Part shown: positions 18,820 to 30,365 of the stretch, piece by piece
Layout: every line of letters starts with the position of its first letter
How positions within the stretch are numbered: the stretch's first letter is position 1
Virus record (IMG/VR): IMGVR_UViG_3300028591_000126
Coordinates: 1-64,000 of that record
Origin: a virus
Lineage: Duplodnaviria; Caudoviricetes
Length of the DNA: 64,000 bases
Strand: one strand, 5' to 3'
Notes under the pieces: generated by a model
The model's input: only the letters and a program-made list of their open reading frames with translations
Told to the model about the DNA's origin: nothing
Database searches by the model: none
Translations under genes and position numbers: made by a program

Positions 18820-18827
18820 TATTCGTT

Positions 18828-19583
18828 CTATTTTTCTTCTTTCTTGTCTTTTCTATAAATTTTTTTATATAGACCTTCATCATCATAGTGAGTATGATAT
18901 TTTAAAGGATTAAATAATCTTCAAAATAATAAAGGCTTATTTAATGCTACTTTTTTAGTTTTTATAAAACCTAATATTCTAAATGGTAAGTAAGTTACAA
19001 TATCATTTACATCACCAAAGTTATAAATCTCTTTTGAACAACTTCTTAGATATTTTCTAATCTTTCTTCTATTAAAAATATTTGTTTTAAATGGGTTAAC
19101 AGATCCGTAAGTAATTAAATGTGAACGTATTCCATACTGATAGTTTAAATCTTGAGCACATAACATTGCTTGACCAGAACCTAAAGACCAACCTACTATT
19201 TCTATTTCTGCTTTAGGATGTCTTTGTAATAAATACATTACTTCATTTCTTACTTGATGCTTCATTGCTTTATACATTGTTGCTCAACCATTATGAACTC
19301 TTAATGTTATTTTTTTATCATGTCATCTAAATGTATCATAATATTTTTCAATGAACATAAAGTTAACAAATCAATCTTTTTTGCCATTTGTTTCTTGGAA
19401 ATTTACTTGAATAACATTTCTGTTTGGTTCATAGTGCACTTCATAATTAGCATGACATTGAATTCCTTTATATCAATAAGTAATATCTTTATATTTTATT
19501 TCAAATCTTGCTAATCCAGTATCATTGTAATCATTAGAAGTATCAATAAAATATTGACTATATCTTAATTTTTTATAGCTCAT
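18828..19583 (-). CDS. Class 3 lipase / alpha-beta hydrolase, 251 aa with 5 TGA read as Trp
   Basis: D*FVNF, RVHNG*, GWSLG nucleophile elbow, DIVTYLP and terminal YHTHY; TGA at 19473, 19371, 19323, 19284 and 18921. Confidence 0.85.
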
Positions 19584-19704
19584 TATTGTCAAAACCTCCT
19601 AATAAAGTAGCTTAAATTTAAAAATAAACTTTATATAATTTAGACAATAATTTTAACTGTAAAAAAGAAAAGCTTAGAATAGCTTACTACTCTAAGCAAT
19701 ATGG

Positions 19705-20499
19705 TTAGTTATCTTTCTTTTCTTTAGATTTTTTAGGCTTAGCTTTTACATTTTTCTTTGTTTCTGATGTTTGTTCAGCCTTAGGTTGTTCAACTTCTAG
19801 CTTTTCTTCTGTATTTGCTTCATTAACTAGTATATTTAGTTTTTCTAAATCAACTCTACCATCTTTAGTCATGGCTTGCTTTAATAATGATACATCATAA
19901 CCAAAAGCAGTTGCTTGTAAAAGAAGATCATTTTTATCATCTTCAGTTGTAACAAAATCAATCTCATGATCAACATAAAGAGTTTTCTCAGCTGCTATAT
20001 CAATAGCATGTGCAATAATTGTATATGGATTCTTTTCTTTATATATTAAAGCTGTTTCAATTACACCTAGTGCAATATCAGCTCCAGAACCAATAGCTTC
20101 ATATTCTTCAACTTCACTTACAGATAAATCTTGACAAATTTGCCAGCATCTATCCTTATAAGCTATAAAGAAATCATTTGGTAAATAAAATGGATGACCT
20201 GGATCTTCTGTTATAACACCGTGCATCTTTAATGTTTCATATAAAGTTCTTGGTAATTGTAAATGAATAAAGTCTTCATCTAATTGATCTTTACCAAATC
20301 CAGCTGCATCTAACAAGCCTCTAATATATTGAATAACTTGCGCACCTCTTGCTAAGCCAACTGAACCAATACAACAATTTTTATATTCAGCTCTCCATAC
20401 CTTAGTTGCAGTGTGTTGTTTATTATTCCAACCAGATGCTTGTTTATCTGCTCCTAATATAAATCTATTTTTGTGCTTTATCGCTACTACTAGTGACAA
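19705..20499 (-). CDS. Ntn-hydrolase / proteasome beta-like peptidase
   Basis: TTG start after AAGGAG gives (M)SLVVAI...GADKQ...K; AIGSG motif. Confidence 0.65.
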   Translation of the reverse strand: MSLVVAIKHKNRFILGADKQASGWNNKQHTATKVWRAEYKNCCIGSVGLARGAQVIQYIRGLLDAAGFGKDQLDEDFIHLQLPRTLYETLKMHGVITEDPGHPFYLPNDFFIAYKDRCWQICQDLSVSEVEEYEAIGSGADIALGVIETALIYKEKNPYTIIAHAIDIAAEKTLYVDHEIDFVTTEDDKNDLLLQATAFGYDVSLLKQAMTKDGRVDLEKLNILVNEANTEEKLEVEQPKAEQTSETKKNVKAKPKKSKEKKDN

Positions 20500-20592
20500 T
20501 ATAATCAACTCCTTTAAAAATTATCATATAACTATACAATAATTTTAAAGCTGTTTTAATTATTATTTAAAATTATTTGTCAATATAGAAAA

Positions 20593-21519
20593 TTATTTTT
20601 TATCAGTATTATATTTATTAAGCTTATCTGCACATGCAGCTGTTTTTGATCTTTCTGATTTAACTAATTTTACATAGCCAAATAAAGGATCTGTCATTAA
20701 AGCCGCTTTTAAGCTGTCAAGCCCTTTAGAGTCTCTAAATATTTTACCATCTACTTGTGACATATCACCATCAAATCAAACTTCAGAACCTTCTGCTGCT
20801 CTTGCTATAATTAGCTGAATATGTGATGTTAATAAATTTTCTGCTTCTGAACACATTATAATTGCATTATCAATATTTCTACCTCTAATAGATTGTAATG
20901 GCTCTATAATTAGTTGCTCATTGTTTAGCATACACTCAACAGCTGCTTTTCCACAATGGTCAACAAATGGTCCAACATAGTCCATTAGCTTTTCATTTTT
21001 ATCACCTGGTAATGCACCTAAATCTGGAGTGCCTGCAACACGAACATTATTTCTAATCCAAACAATCCTATCAAAAACATTATGCTCTAATGCCTCAAGT
21101 GCCGCTGTAACTAAAAGCATTGTTTTGCCAACACCCCAAGAACCTTCTATAAGTTTTATAGTAATGTCCCTATTGTGTAACAAGTTTATTGCACAAACTT
21201 GCTCATCATTTCTTGCAACTATTTCGGTACTCTTAGCTGATGATTTTCTACTTCTAAAAGAAATACTATCTCGGCCAAATTTTTTAAGTATATTATCTTG
21301 CATAATATACTGAGCTACTAGTCTGTTCTTACCTGCATCATCTGTAGAATAAACTAATAAATACTCATTTTCAATAAGATCAGGAATCTTAACATTTGGA
21401 AAAGCTACAGCAAATTTATCTAAGTCTATATTTCCCTGAAATGTACTTAATGCTGCTCACTCTTCAATTGTTGGAGCTCATTTCTTCCAGCCTGTGTAAG
21501 TATTATTCTTTTCTTCCAT
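20593..21519 (-). CDS. phoH: PhoH-family ATPase, 308 aa with 3 TGA read as Trp
   Basis: GSWGVGKT, LGALPGD, IRGRNI, SEAENL, GSEV*FDGDMSQVD and ERS; TGA at 21478, 21457 and 20776. Confidence 0.88.
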
Positions 21520-21818
21520 AAAAGCACTTCCTTAACTTCAAATTTTAATTATTTAATTTATTTAATTTAGCACTTTTTTAGCTATATCTAACACACTGCA
21601 ATAATAGTTATAGTCATTAAAATTAGCCCAATAACGATTCCGATTTTAATGGCTAGATTATTTTGCTTTACATCATTTAAAGACAAATTAGCAGCCTCTA
21701 AAGCCTTTCTAATTGGGCTTTTACCTAATCTAGCTTTATATACTTTAACCTTTTTACACATAAAATCACCTTCTTATTTTAAATACAATAAAAAAAAGAA
21801 TATTTTTAAAATATTCTT

Positions 21819-22103
21819 TTAAATGATTTGGTAATATGCAGTATCTCAAAATAAAGTAAAATTGTTAATTTTAAAATATTTAGTATAATGTAAATTAACT
21901 GTAAACTTTAATTTGGTATTATTTAAAATATACTCACCACTGTAAACCTTAACTGTTATTTGACCATCTACTATGTTATTAACATATAAATTATTAAAGT
22001 ATACCCATACTTTATATTCATAATTATTAACATAAAATGGAAATTCAAATTTATCTAGCAGATAGGCATCAGCAACTTTAACATGCCCTAATAAGATATC
22101 CAT
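21819..22103 (-). CDS. Hypothetical protein (TGA at 21846 probably read through to TAA)
   Basis: GAGGAG RBS; GCTAAATTA motif at 22136-22144. Confidence 0.5.
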
Positions 22104-22168
22104 ACATCGCTCCTCTAAATATTAAATCAAGTATTTAATTTAGCAATGATGAATTACCTATATATATA

Positions 22169-24076
22169 TTATTTAATTAAATCATTAAAATCTATAATTC
22201 TATCAGATCCAAATTTTATTATGTCATAAAATTGTACTTCGTCTAAATAACCACCATTTGACATTTTATAAACAATTTCTAAAATATACTTTAATGAGCT
22301 TTTTGTACAGTTTTTTGCAGCTTGCCCATCATTCACTACAATAAACTCATAAATATCATTTGCCTTTGTTTTATAAACTTGAAAATCAATAGAAGTTAAT
22401 TTTAAATTTTTATGATTTTTAACAACACTTGATAACTCTCTTACAAAAGCTGTTTTTTCATTTAATTCACTGATATAATTCTTTGTAATAGTAGAGGTGT
22501 TCATACTCTTCTTCCTTTCCAATTTTCTAACATTTTGATTAAAAAAGTAGCCTAATTTTATCTGCTTTGGCTACTATTTTTTCTACATTTAAATATACAA
22601 TTTTTCTTACTATAAAATTTTACAAAAATAAATATAAACTTAAAAATACAAATATTGCAATAGTTAATAAAACATCAAATAAATTTATACGAAAATTAAC
22701 AGTTTTAGTTTCATCCCTTAATGCTGAAAATGCACAAAATAATAAAGCCAATGAAAAACTCCAACCAAGTAAAATTAATCCCCATAAAATCCAAGCAAAT
22801 ATTATCATAATTTAATTCTCCTCTCTTTTTTATTTAAGTGCTTTTAATAATTCAACTTCTAAGTTATCTACAGATTCTTTAATCTTCTTTTTATCTGCTT
22901 CATAAGTTTTTGCTAACTCTTTATACTTTATATCTAGTTGTTCCTCTTTAATAGTACCAATGTTTGTCATAATTTCTTTTTTGTTATCAAAAAATTTATG
23001 ATTAATAGCCATTTCTTTTGAATAAGAACATTTTTCATAATTATCTACAGAATAAATGCTATTAGAGTCTGTCAAAAAACCAACAATTAAATAAGGTTTA
23101 TCCGATAATAATTTCTTTTCACAATTAAAAGGCAATCTTGTTGCAATACTGATTACTCTAGCTTTCTTTATAGAAAAATCTTTGGCTACAGGATTAATAT
23201 ATAAATCAAATATATCTTGTCCTACTTTTAAGTCTTCAAATTTAATCATTATTTATTACCTTCCTTTACTAAATAATCATATAATTCTGATTCATTATGA
23301 TAAGGTGCATTTTTATAGGCATATGAACTACTCTTACCTCTCTCCATATCATATAAGAAATATAATATATCATTATTAACATCATTCATTAATTTTTGAA
23401 TAAGTCTAATATATTCAGATGCATATTCATTAAATAACCAACAATCACAATAATTACCAGGACATAGGTTTTCTAATGCATGAACAAATTGTTCTTGTTT
23501 TTCTTCTTGCTTATATATAAAATTTAAAGCTCCAATAAATTCTTCTTTAGATAAAGAGATATTTTTTAATTTCTTTTCAATTATAGCACAATCTTCTAAA
23601 TATTGATCAGAGCTATTACTTGAGCCTCGATAATAAGCATTACCACCCATAAAACTTGGTGCAGTTTTAATTCTTTCTAATATTTCTAGTTCTTTAGACA
23701 TTTATATTATCTCCTTCTAATCTCTTTTTAAGTTCTAAAAAATAATCTAAATCATCTTTAAAAATATAATATTCTTTATTATTATATACTACACAATAAT
23801 TTTGTGCATCATAATCTGTAAACCACTCACTAAACTCTCTTTCTAATAGCTCTAATGTGTAAGTTAATAATTCTACAGTTGTCATAACTATTCCCCCTTA
23901 TCAAAGTTTACTTCTGCAAACCACACATAACCTTCTCTATCAACTGGTTGTAATTCTACATCTTTTAAACCAGTAAGAACATATCTTTTACAATCTAATA
24001 ATTCTTTCTTTGAAAGAAATGTTTTCATATGCACTACTTTATCACTTGTCATAACTAATAATGTATATTGTTTCAT
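22169..24076 (-). other. Cluster of small hypothetical phage ORFs
   Basis: Six tightly packed minus-strand ORFs in the track. Confidence 0.7.
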
Positions 24077-24154
24077 AATTTACTACTCCTTGTATTTTTC
24101 TATAATAATTATACAATAAAAAGAGCTACTTGTAAATAGCTCTTTGTTATTTTT

Positions 24155-24874
24155 TTAAGAATACGGATTAATATTAAATATTTTAATCTCCTGCGGTATA
24201 AAATCAAATCTATCACCACAAACAATTAAATGATGATCTGATTCAGTTATATACATCGAATTTGAATGGACATGCCCTGCAATATTAAAGAATACTGCAT
24301 TTGGATTCATATAAGAAACAGGTTCATGGCTTAATAAGAACCATTCTTTTAGTAGTATAGGATTTGGATAAACCTCTTTAAAACCAACTTTATGCCAAAA
24401 ATCTTTTACTTCGTCTGGTATAAAATGTGTACCGTCGTTAGAAGTATAACGCCAATCATGATTTCCACAAATCATAATTTTATTCTTACATTTAATTCTA
24501 TTACCTAATTCAATAATAGCTTCTTTAATTTCAGTTTTAACTTTATCAAATTTTGTTCCACAACCATATTGACAATAAGCAAAATCTCCTAAAAAATATA
24601 AAGTATCATTTTCTTTTACTTTTTTATTAATAGTATTTATTATCATATCATCATGAAACTTTAAACATTGTTCTATTAATTCTTTATCATTATCTAGTAA
24701 AGCTCGTGTATAAGTTTCAACTAATATATCAATCATTTCCTTTTTGGAACAATCAAACATAATTAAATTATTATTTACAATATATTCTGCTGTAAGCTGA
24801 ACTCGTCTTGGTTCATACTTTAATATATTAGGATGATGAAAATGAAAGTCAGATGAAAAATAAGTCTTACTCAT
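24155..24874 (-). CDS. Calcineurin-like metallophosphoesterase
   Basis: SDFH, LGD, GNHD, SHEP and GHVH motifs. Confidence 0.85.
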   Translation of the reverse strand: MSKTYFSSDFHFHHPNILKYEPRRVQLTAEYIVNNNLIMFDCSKKEMIDILVETYTRALLDNDKELIEQCLKFHDDMIINTINKKVKENDTLYFLGDFAYCQYGCGTKFDKVKTEIKEAIIELGNRIKCKNKIMICGNHDWRYTSNDGTHFIPDEVKDFWHKVGFKEVYPNPILLKEWFLLSHEPVSYMNPNAVFFNIAGHVHSNSMYITESDHHLIVCGDRFDFIPQEIKIFNINPYS

Positions 24875-25889
24875 TCTTCTTTACCTTTTTTGTTGATTTC
24901 TTTTCTTCTTTATTACTTTCAGTATATTTAACACTCTTAATATATTTGTCTAAAATTGAATAAGCATTATAATTATTACCAAGTGCCTTTTTAGCAACAG
25001 CTATAGCAATACCTTTTTCAATATCCCAGGTATCTTTTGGATCACATGTTACTTTAGTAGTTGATCCATCAACCCACTTGATAACAATTGTTCTTTTTTC
25101 TTCATTTGCATAAATATTTTCTACCCTCGGTGTTAAAATACCTGCATCTCTTCTTCTTGCATCTTCAAATACTCTATTAATACTTTCCATACTGTAATTC
25201 TCCTTTTCTTCTTTTTCCCATAAACCATATATATAATTTTCATACCATTTATTATATTCATCATAATCATTATTTAGATTATTATAAATTCTCTCTGCAC
25301 CATCTTTGACTATATTACCAAGTATTTCATAATCAATTTGAGAATTAATATCTCGGTGTTTAAATTTACTTTTTATTTCATTATATAATTCATTACTTAT
25401 TAATTCATTACTTTCATTGGTTTCTTGACAGTTTATACCTAGAACATATTTAACTAATTTAACTCTTTGATCTATATCAAAATCTTTCCAATTATAATCT
25501 ATTACCTTATCAAAACTATCTAATTCTTTACAAAAGTTATCATATGTATAATCTTTTACAATTTCAGGATATAACTTGCTCATATAATCATTAAAATGCT
25601 TTTCATTACTATAACTTATTGTTACTTTAGAATGTATTAACTTTTTTATTTTTTTGTAATCATCTTCATTGTCTGAAACAATATGATAATAACTTTCACT
25701 CTCTACACCTATGTCATTTCTATATTTAAGATATAAAAATATAGTATTAATTCTTAAAAGACCCATATTAGCATTTACTACTGTGTTATATACAACAGTA
25801 TTTTTAAACTCTTCATAATCACATATTGTTGTGAAACTTTTTGTGAAACCTTCTTCTTCCATTGAAAATTTTTCTTTAATAAAAATCAT
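24867..25889 (-). CDS. Hypothetical protein with a common phage C-terminal domain
   Basis: TIVIKWVDGSTTKVTC...DIEKGIAIAVAKK. Confidence 0.65.
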   Translation of the reverse strand: MIFIKEKFSMEEEGFTKSFTTICDYEEFKNTVVYNTVVNANMGLLRINTIFLYLKYRNDIGVESESYYHIVSDNEDDYKKIKKLIHSKVTISYSNEKHFNDYMSKLYPEIVKDYTYDNFCKELDSFDKVIDYNWKDFDIDQRVKLVKYVLGINCQETNESNELISNELYNEIKSKFKHRDINSQIDYEILGNIVKDGAERIYNNLNNDYDEYNKWYENYIYGLWEKEEKENYSMESINRVFEDARRRDAGILTPRVENIYANEEKRTIVIKWVDGSTTKVTCDPKDTWDIEKGIAIAVAKKALGNNYNAYSILDKYIKSVKYTESNKEEKKSTKKVKKNE

Positions 25890-25902
25890 TAACTAATCAC
25901 CT

Positions 25903-26349
25903 CTACTCACTCTTTACCTCAATGAATATTGGAGTTATAACCTGCTTGTGAAATTTAATAAACACTTCGTGCTTACCAAACATTTTAATATTGCTCATTG
26001 ATAGTTGCTTTGCTTCGATACTTGAATAAGGCTCATAAAGTTTATTTATTTCAGCTAAAACCTCTTTCTTAGTTACTGCTTTATTTGTGGATCCATCTGG
26101 CATTGGTTTTCTATAAAAGGTAAACACTTTGCCTCTTAACTCTTCATCTCTACGCATGCATAATAATAAGAAATCGTTGGCTTCATCCTGAGCTCTATCA
26201 ATATCTCTTTGCCTCATAGCAAGATTTAATTCTGTTGCTAAAGCAGCTTTACCTTGAGCAATTAAAAAATTACCATAACCATTTGCAACATCTATAATAT
26301 CTAATTCTTTACCTTTTCCCTTAATATCTTGTTGTAAAATAATCTTCAT
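25903..26349 (-). CDS. rplI: Ribosomal protein bL9 (phage-encoded)
   Basis: MKIILQQDIKGKGKELDIIDVANGYGNFLIAQGKA N-domain, helical linker, IKMFGKHEVFIKFH C-domain; 148 aa. Confidence 0.9.
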   Translation of the reverse strand: MKIILQQDIKGKGKELDIIDVANGYGNFLIAQGKAALATELNLAMRQRDIDRAQDEANDFLLLCMRRDEELRGKVFTFYRKPMPDGSTNKAVTKKEVLAEINKLYEPYSSIEAKQLSMSNIKMFGKHEVFIKFHKQVITPIFIEVKSE

Positions 26350-26357
26350 AATATCAC

Positions 26358-26708
26358 CTATTCTATATAATCATCATAAATTAATAATTCAGGATAATCT
26401 GTTGGAAGATAGCCTGAGTTGGAAGCAATAACTACTCTGCCTTCACTATTAACTAAGCTTAAAAGATCCTCTAATGAAGCTAGTTCTATTGTCCAGTAAT
26501 CTTTTTTAATACTTCTACATATGCCATTTGCACTAACTTTATGATCAAAACCTTCATTAAGAAAATTATAACCTGTATGATTTTCATAATCTTCAAATGA
26601 TTTAAATCCATACATATCATAGGCAGTTAAAGTTTCTTTGATGCTATTTTTACATGGTGGAGTCTCATCATAATAGCCGCTAGAAGCCCTTTCAATCACA
26701 AATTTCAT
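26358..26708 (-). CDS. Hypothetical protein
   Basis: ORF with GAGGTG RBS and SigA-type promoter. Confidence 0.65.
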   Translation of the reverse strand: MKFVIERASSGYYDETPPCKNSIKETLTAYDMYGFKSFEDYENHTGYNFLNEGFDHKVSANGICRSIKKDYWTIELASLEDLLSLVNSEGRVVIASNSGYLPTDYPELLIYDDYIE

Positions 26709-26776
26709 ATAATCACCTCACTATAATTATTATACTACAAAAAAGAAGGTTTGTAAATACCTTCTATAATATTTTT

Positions 26777-27628
26777 TTATTCTAAATAATAATTAATTCC
26801 AACTACTGGAATTATAGTTTCTTCTTTATACTCATCAATTGAAATATCTAAAAATTTTGGCATTGGCTCAATTTTATGCCTATTAGCCTTATATAGCTTA
26901 TCAATTTTTTCTTTGTGCTCTAAATTATCAATTTTACCTGTTCTAATATATTTATCTAGTTCTGCATAAGTAAAGCCTAACTTCTCTTCATCACTCATAC
27001 CACTCATTCCATCACTTGGAATTTTTTCAACTAAATCTTCTGGTAAGCCCAACTCATAACCTAACAGCTTAACTTCTGTTTTAGTTAAGTTAGCAAGTGG
27101 TGAAAAGTCTCCAGCACTATCTCCGTACTTAGTTGAATAACCAACCCAATCCTCAGATAGATTACAAGTGTTAGCTACTCTTGAATTACCTATAATTGCT
27201 GCAACGCCATATAATGCAGTCATTCTAATTCTTGCTGGAGTATTAGTTGTATATACATCATTGAATACTTCTTCTGTTGGAAATTCTTCATAATAAGATT
27301 TAACAGCATCAGTTAACTTATTTTCTTTTTCAGTTCCATATACATCAATAATAATACTATTTCTTAAAGCTTCTGTAACTTTTCCAATATTAATTATAGA
27401 GTATTCAATTCCTAAATGAGTACATAACTCTAAACTCTTAGCAATATCCTTTTGTTCACAATCTGGCATCAATACACCAAATACTTTATCTTTACCTAAC
27501 GCTTCTACACATAAAGCAGCACAAACTGAACTATCTACTCCACCAGAAATTCCGATAACAACATTACAATCTCCAACTATTGCTTTAACCCATTTAATTA
27601 AATCTTGTTTTAATTTGCTTGTATTCAT
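26777..27628 (-). CDS. nadE: NH3-dependent NAD+ synthetase
   Basis: GISGGVDS, ARIRM, NLSEDWVGYSTKYGD, PSDG and DEEKLG motifs. Confidence 0.92.
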   Translation of the reverse strand: MNTSKLKQDLIKWVKAIVGDCNVVIGISGGVDSSVCAALCVEALGKDKVFGVLMPDCEQKDIAKSLELCTHLGIEYSIINIGKVTEALRNSIIIDVYGTEKENKLTDAVKSYYEEFPTEEVFNDVYTTNTPARIRMTALYGVAAIIGNSRVANTCNLSEDWVGYSTKYGDSAGDFSPLANLTKTEVKLLGYELGLPEDLVEKIPSDGMSGMSDEEKLGFTYAELDKYIRTGKIDNLEHKEKIDKLYKANRHKIEPMPKFLDISIDEYKEETIIPVVGINYYLE

Positions 27629-27675
27629 ACTAAAACCTCCATATATTTATAATACAATATAAAAAAAGAAGAACT

Positions 27676-28182
27676 TTATTGTTCTTCTAATTTTCATCCA
27701 CATTTTAAATAATTTTTTAAATTATCTATGAATACTTCTCTTGTTTTACCATCTTTACAAATAATAACCCAATTACTTGGATTATTAATTCTTTTGACTC
27801 TTTTAGTATTTTTAGAAGTATAATGTTTCTTTTTATTTTCTTCTATCTGTGCAATCTGTCTTAACTCATAAGCTTCAGCATCAGTTCTATACGCTTCTTT
27901 AATATCATTATCCCTGCCACCAATTGATTGATTATAACCAATTCTTGGATCAGTTGAATGATAATAGTTTATTCATTTCTGTTCTGCCAAATCTAATTCT
28001 TCCTGTGACTCACATTTCTGAATTAATTCAACAATAAAATTTCTTTGACCAAACTTTAAAATAGCTCCAGTTATAAGTGTGCCACTACCCTTATAGCTAG
28101 GAGTAAATTTTCTAGATTTATGCTGTCCTATATAAATATACCCATTAACTGTATTAGTTGTCTTGTAGATATAACCATACAT
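27676..28182 (-). CDS. GIY-YIG homing-type endonuclease, 168 aa with 2 TGA read as Trp
   Basis: YIYKTTN..YIGQH..YKGSG..EQK*INYY..GYN..GG and terminal YLKCG*KL; TGA at 27973 and 27694. Confidence 0.82.
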
Positions 28183-28184
28183 AA

Positions 28185-28562
28185 TTATCTATCAAATAAA
28201 TCTAAAATATCTTCAGTTGAAATTGCAACTAAACAATTTGGGTTATTTGTTACTGCTAGAATAAAATAAGCATTTCCATTATAGTCTGCATAATCCTTAA
28301 AATCAAAAGTAGTTCCTGCAGGAAAAACAACAGTATCATTTGCTTTAATAAAACCACCATTAGAATAATAATTTAATAATGTTTCTTGATCTAATGCATT
28401 ATAAATATAATTAAGTGGTTCATTGCCATTTATGATATTTTCAATAGAATTATAAACTAAGCCATGTTTAAGTTTATAGCTTTTACTTTTTAATGACTTA
28501 TCGCCAAAATCAATATCTTCATTGATAATATTTAATGCTTCAAATATTTGATTTAAATCCAT
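28185..28562 (-). CDS. Hypothetical protein (IFEA/INED N-terminus, possible virion-internal protein)
   Basis: AAGGAG RBS; GCTAAATTA motif at 28593-28601. Confidence 0.6.
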   Translation of the reverse strand: MDLNQIFEALNIINEDIDFGDKSLKSKSYKLKHGLVYNSIENIINGNEPLNYIYNALDQETLLNYYSNGGFIKANDTVVFPAGTTFDFKDYADYNGNAYFILAVTNNPNCLVAISTEDILDLFDR

Positions 28563-28629
28563 AGTACTTAGACTCCTTAACTTATTATTAATTAATTTAG
28601 CAAAAAGAAAAAGAACTTAAAAAAGTCCT

Positions 28630-29196
28630 TTAACAAATATCTTTTGTATCTGCTTTACCATAAGCAGCATTTTTAGAATCAAAACCTTCTTTTGAGATTT
28701 GTTTAATTATCTCTTTAATATAATTATAGTCTACCTGTTCTTGCTCAGTTTGTGCATCTTTTAAAATAGCTAAGTTTATTATGCCTAAATCTTCATCTAA
28801 TGTAATATATCTAAAAATTGCTCTTATAAATTCACGATAAATTATTAAATTTTTAAATTGATAAGCAATAGTTGTAGCTAATTTATCTATAGCAGCCTCA
28901 CTATCTGTATCACCAAATGATACACCTGTAAGCTCTTCAATCAATTTAAAAAGATCATCGGCTGCTTTAACCTCATCTTTTAAAGTATTATCCGCACGTG
29001 TAAGTCTTGCTAATCTATTTATTAACTCACTCTTTATTAAATCACCAACAATAGTACTAATTTTATCTTTATCTTTTAATTTATAATGATTAAATAGCAT
29101 ATCAATTAATTCTTCATTTGAAACTATTGATAAATTATTTTTTGTAGATTGCTCTAATAAATTAAGCGCCATATCTTTTGATCTATTTTTACTCAT
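28630..29196 (-). CDS. Hypothetical protein
   Basis: ORF with GAGG RBS. Confidence 0.65.
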   Translation of the reverse strand: MSKNRSKDMALNLLEQSTKNNLSIVSNEELIDMLFNHYKLKDKDKISTIVGDLIKSELINRLARLTRADNTLKDEVKAADDLFKLIEELTGVSFGDTDSEAAIDKLATTIAYQFKNLIIYREFIRAIFRYITLDEDLGIINLAILKDAQTEQEQVDYNYIKEIIKQISKEGFDSKNAAYGKADTKDIC

Positions 29197-29238
29197 AACT
29201 AACTACCTCATATATAATAATATACAATAATTTATTTA

Positions 29239-29577
29239 TTATAATTCTTCACATGCAATACCATTTTGATTAAACCAATCAGCTACAATATGTCTATGAC
29301 AAAAATCACCTGATTTTTCATAACATAATAAGACTTTATTATTAAGCTTAGCTGCTAATTCTTTTGGATTTAACTTAGATAAAGTCTCTACCACATATCT
29401 AGCTTTATATTGACTCTCATTGATTAAGTCTGCCTTATAATCTGCTAATAATTCTTTACTTGGAAATAACTCTTGACATATTTCACCTTTCCAAAAATTA
29501 GCATATCTTGCAATAGATACTCCAAGTTCAATATTATATTTTTTTGATGAAAAATAAGAAGTATAAATCATTATCAT
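29239..29577 (-). CDS. DUF488-like protein
   Basis: IYTSYF...LLCYEK..DFCHRHIVADW. Confidence 0.75.
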   Translation of the reverse strand: MIMIYTSYFSSKKYNIELGVSIARYANFWKGEICQELFPSKELLADYKADLINESQYKARYVVETLSKLNPKELAAKLNNKVLLCYEKSGDFCHRHIVADWFNQNGIACEEL

Positions 29578-29583
29578 ATACTC

Positions 29584-30351
29584 CTAGAATGTAACATCAT
29601 TTTTAACTTTAGCTCCAATTTTTTGTTGTGAACCAATTCTTGTTGCTGGAGTATTACTAAAGCTTGATGTTAATGACTTTTTAAATATATTGATTGCCCA
29701 AGATGCATCTCTATAAGCATTCATAATTGCAATATCAATAATTTTTAATTTAATTGCTTTGTCTGAAGTATAATTATCTAACGTTTCTTGGAAAACTTTA
29801 ACTGTCTGCTTATTTACACCACCCTTTGACTCAAACATTGAATCAACCCATGCTTTTAATTTTTCAAGAATATCTAAGTCTGTCTCTATGATAGAATTTT
29901 TAACTGCAGCAGACATATAATTCTTCTTTGCTTCTTTAGCTGCGCCTTTAGTGGCTTTAACAGCATCAGCTACCTTTAATAACTCATCTGGATTTTCACT
30001 TGTAATAGCTGAAATGTATAGCTGTATATTACAAAATAATCTATCAGGATTGTCTGGATGAATGGTTATAATACCAGTATTTGTAATACCTAGATCAATA
30101 TTATACTGATCTTCTAAAGTTAAGCCAGTTCTAACTTTAATTAAAGTTCTATCTATAATAAAACTACCATCTGCTTGTATAGCAGTATTTAAATTATTTT
30201 TAGCTTTTGCAGCCTCGACTGATAAAAAATCAATAATAGCTGCAAGATAAGCTGCTCCTTGTAAACCAAATATTTTAATAGCCTTTATATTAATATTTAA
30301 AAAATTAGATTGTCCTAGTAAATCAATATACATATCTACTACCTCCAACAT
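29584..30351 (-). CDS. Hypothetical protein, possible replication-organiser HTH protein
   Basis: N-terminal IKIFGLQGAAYL and RTGLT motifs recall phage replisome organisers; weak. Confidence 0.4.
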   Translation of the reverse strand: MLEVVDMYIDLLGQSNFLNINIKAIKIFGLQGAAYLAAIIDFLSVEAAKAKNNLNTAIQADGSFIIDRTLIKVRTGLTLEDQYNIDLGITNTGIITIHPDNPDRLFCNIQLYISAITSENPDELLKVADAVKATKGAAKEAKKNYMSAAVKNSIIETDLDILEKLKAWVDSMFESKGGVNKQTVKVFQETLDNYTSDKAIKLKIIDIAIMNAYRDASWAINIFKKSLTSSFSNTPATRIGSQQKIGAKVKNDVTF

Positions 30352-30365
30352 TTAAATATACAATT

